Assembly (NCBI GenBank): GCA_963663405.2
Contig: CAXXSM010000030.1
Location: 1 to 28,025, forward strand
Length of the DNA stretch: 28,025 nt
Direction: 5' to 3'
Source of the DNA: a bacterium
GTDB taxonomy: Bacteria > Hinthialibacterota > Hinthialibacteria > Hinthialibacterales > Hinthialibacteraceae
The translations under genes and the position numbers were made by a program. Shown one piece after another: positions 25,792-28,025 of this stretch (the stretch's first letter is position 1; every line of letters begins with the position of its first letter). The notes beneath the pieces are model-generated. The model was not told the origin of the DNA, made no database searches, and saw nothing but the letters and a program-made list of their open reading frames with translations.

Positions 25792-27447
25792 TCAATCTTC
25801 TTTGTGTTTTAAATCCACTGCAGGCGCTTCAATCCGTTCCGCTAAAAACTGCGTTCCATTGAAGATCAGCGGTTCCGTATATTCTTTAAGCCAGGGCTGT
25901 GTGACGATATATTTCGCACGGCTCCAAAGAAACAGCGCTGGGGCTTTTTCATAAACCAGCGCGTTTGCTTGCGTTAATAATTCACTACGGCGGCTGGGAT
26001 TCATTTCCTTCTGTGATTCTTCGATCAGCCGGTCCACTTCCGGATCGGCGAATCGCGCCATGTTGCCCGAACCGATTTGAGAAGAATGAAACAATGGGTA
26101 CAAGAAATTATCCCCATCCGGATAATCGGCGAACCAGTTCCGGTACGCGATATCGAATTCGCCTTCCCGCAGCATCCGCCGGTATGTCACCCATTCCGCC
26201 TGATGAACGCGTACGGACACACCGATCTTTTTCCACAACGCTTGCATGATAACACCCGTTGAACTGACGAATTGATCCGAGGAAGGCAGAAGAAGAACGA
26301 TTTCCCGTTTGTCCAATCCGTTCTGTTTAACAAGTTCTCTCGACGCGTCTGGATCGTACTTGAATAGTTTTCGGTCCGGATCGAACCCCGGCAGTCCAGG
26401 GGGAATCGGCCCGGTAATCACGGCGCCGGCTCCTTCACGGACACATTCCAACACCAGCGGCGTCTCCACCGCCTGACACAGCGCCCGTCGATTCTCTTCC
26501 TTGTCCCACGGAGCCCGCTCGCAGTTAAAAACCAACATATCGGCGCTCAATTGGTTCGTCAATTCCGTATACTTTTTCCATTGTGGATGTGTTTTCCAAC
26601 GCAGGATTTCCGCTTCAGGGAGTGGATTGATATACGCGATCCGGCCCGTTTCAAATTCAGCGATAGCGGTGAAAGCGTTGCTGATAATCCGCATCCGGAG
26701 GCGCTTTAAGTTTGGTTTTTGTCCCCAATACTCTTCGTTCCGTTCAAAGTCGAGATACTGATCGTGCCGCCATTCTTTAAACAACCACGGTCCACTGCCA
26801 ACGGGCCGTTCCCCAAAAGGTATCCCTTCCCGCTCGCATCGTTCCACTTCCTCGCGGGGAACGATTGAGGCGGCGGGCATCGCAAGCAAGCCCAAAAAGG
26901 GCGCGAATGGCTCTTTTAACGTCAAAACAACCGTGAGCGGATCTTCCGCGCGGATCGTCTCAATGCGCTCCAACACCCAGCGGGAAGACGAGGCCGTATC
27001 TTTATCCAATACCCGTTCGAACGAATAGCGGACATCCTCCGCCGTGACAGAACGGCCGTTGGAGAACTTCGCCTGGGGATTTAAAAAGAACGTGTAACAA
27101 CGGGCGCCGTCTGACATTTCCCATCGCAGCGCCAGATCCGGTTCAATTTCCGCCTTCTGGTTAAAGCGCACGAGATTGGAGAAGATCTGGCTTACAAGAA
27201 GACCGTCGAATGTGCCCCACGACCGCGCTGGATCGAGTGTGGGAGGATCATTAATATCGTATAGAACCAACGTGTCTACATCCGGCGGAGGCATAAAAAA
27301 CGATCCGCCGTATTGCGCATAATTCCCATCCTGGCCACTGCAGGAAAAGAGAAGCGCGGTCAGCATAAATAGACAAAAGGCGCCTCGTGGGTACAAACGC
27401 ACGTGTGAAGGCGTTGGATCGTTGTTTTTTTTGTAACTATCTCTCAT
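25792..27447 (-). CDS. ABC transporter substrate-binding lipoprotein, family 5 (DppA/OppA-like)
   Basis: Lipobox-like LLFSC; TLDPA, PDLALRW, FSNGRSVTAEDVRYSFER, PVGSGPW, WFADYPD. Confidence 0.93.
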   Translation of the reverse strand: MRDSYKKNNDPTPSHVRLYPRGAFCLFMLTALLFSCSGQDGNYAQYGGSFFMPPPDVDTLVLYDINDPPTLDPARSWGTFDGLLVSQIFSNLVRFNQKAEIEPDLALRWEMSDGARCYTFFLNPQAKFSNGRSVTAEDVRYSFERVLDKDTASSSRWVLERIETIRAEDPLTVVLTLKEPFAPFLGLLAMPAASIVPREEVERCEREGIPFGERPVGSGPWLFKEWRHDQYLDFERNEEYWGQKPNLKRLRMRIISNAFTAIAEFETGRIAYINPLPEAEILRWKTHPQWKKYTELTNQLSADMLVFNCERAPWDKEENRRALCQAVETPLVLECVREGAGAVITGPIPPGLPGFDPDRKLFKYDPDASRELVKQNGLDKREIVLLLPSSDQFVSSTGVIMQALWKKIGVSVRVHQAEWVTYRRMLREGEFDIAYRNWFADYPDGDNFLYPLFHSSQIGSGNMARFADPEVDRLIEESQKEMNPSRRSELLTQANALVYEKAPALFLWSRAKYIVTQPWLKEYTEPLIFNGTQFLAERIEAPAVDLKHKED

Positions 27448-27643
27448 CTCACCGATTGAAAAATTTAAAATCTGTTAGAAATTCAATCCCATCCCCGCGT
27501 AGATACACTGGCATTCAGTTTCTGATGGGAGTGGATAAATACTAAGGTTATGTGTTAGTGTAATGATTCCGGTCTTCCCGCGAAGGAACGCCGGTTATAT
27601 CTTTTTTATAGTTTACCAAAAAAACACAAAGGAGATCGAAAAC

Positions 27644-28025
27644 ATGCCATTAGTACCCATGAGAATTATGCTTGACCATGCGGCGGAGAACGGCTACGGT
27701 CTGGCGGCGTTCAACGTCAACAATATGGAACAGATCCAAGCGATCATGACAGCGGCGGTCGAGACCAATTCTCCGGTCATCGTGCAGGCCAGCCGGGGCG
27801 CCCGCTCGTACACGAACGACAACTACCTGCGTCATCTCATGCTGGCGGCGGCGGAACTGCATCCCAACCTGCCGATCGCGATGCACCAGGATCATGGCAA
27901 CAGCCCTGACACCTGCCAGTCCGCCATCGAATACGGATTCACCAGCGTCATGATGGATGGGTCCCTGATGGAAGACGGCAAACCCCGGCGTCGTTTGATT
28001 ACAACTGCGAGACGACCAAAAAAGT
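27644..28025 (+). CDS. fba: Class II fructose-bisphosphate aldolase, partial, with an apparent -1 frameshift near 27980
   Basis: Hand translation from ATG 27644 (AAGGAGA upstream): [34 protein letters not shown]…[11 protein letters not shown]…MHQDHG…[16 protein letters not shown]; the expected continuation ([13 protein letters not shown]) is in another frame. Confidence 0.93.
   Translation, partial: MPLVPMRIMLDHAAENGYGLAAFNVNNMEQIQAIMTAAVETNSPVIVQASRGARSYTNDNYLRHLMLAAAELHPNLPIAMHQDHGNSPDTCQSAIEYGFTSVMMDGSLMEDGKPRRRLITTARRPKK

Noticed and set aside
27484-27597. Weak hairpins between the ABC binding-protein gene and fba
   Set aside because: Short, imperfect stems with no second copy or recognisable RNA motif.
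2329-27895. Numerous 60-190 aa ORFs overlapping purF, DegT, mtnP, the ligase, the ABC genes and fba, and ORFs spanning 17786-18329
   Set aside because: They are shadow or antisense frames of well-supported genes, or read through repeat DNA, and show no recognisable motifs.

Overview
Bacterial chromosomal window, probably from a PVC-related candidate lineage; the pilin-like protein with a 'YQPTNGLTSNGDI' tail resembles those of OLB16/Hinthialibacterota/Sumerlaeota-type genomes (inference). Most of the window is housekeeping or envelope genes: purF, a Tat-signalled DegT-family aminotransferase, mtnP, yicC, an orphan sensor kinase, an O-antigen ligase/TPR protein, a serine hydrolase, a DUF362 protein, a glycosyltransferase, a pilin-like protein, a fused MFS/spermidine-synthase-TPR protein, a peptide ABC transporter without ATPases, and the start of class II fba. 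Three things stand out. (1) An AT-rich island at the left edge (1-2060) holds two co-oriented nuclease genes: a PD-(D/E)xK-like protein and an HNH plus TRADD-N-like protein missing from the ORF track. Each gene is preceded by a copy of the same ~72-bp promoter-containing repeat, giving a cassette-like, probably defensive array. (2) A dispersed hairpin element has three copies with 13-bp arms, a 32-nt loop and one compensatory base change, always in the same orientation relative to transcription. (3) A terC plus spore-photoproduct-lyase-like segment is bracketed by ~85-bp REP-like direct repeats and followed by two extra copies of the last codons of the lyase-like gene.
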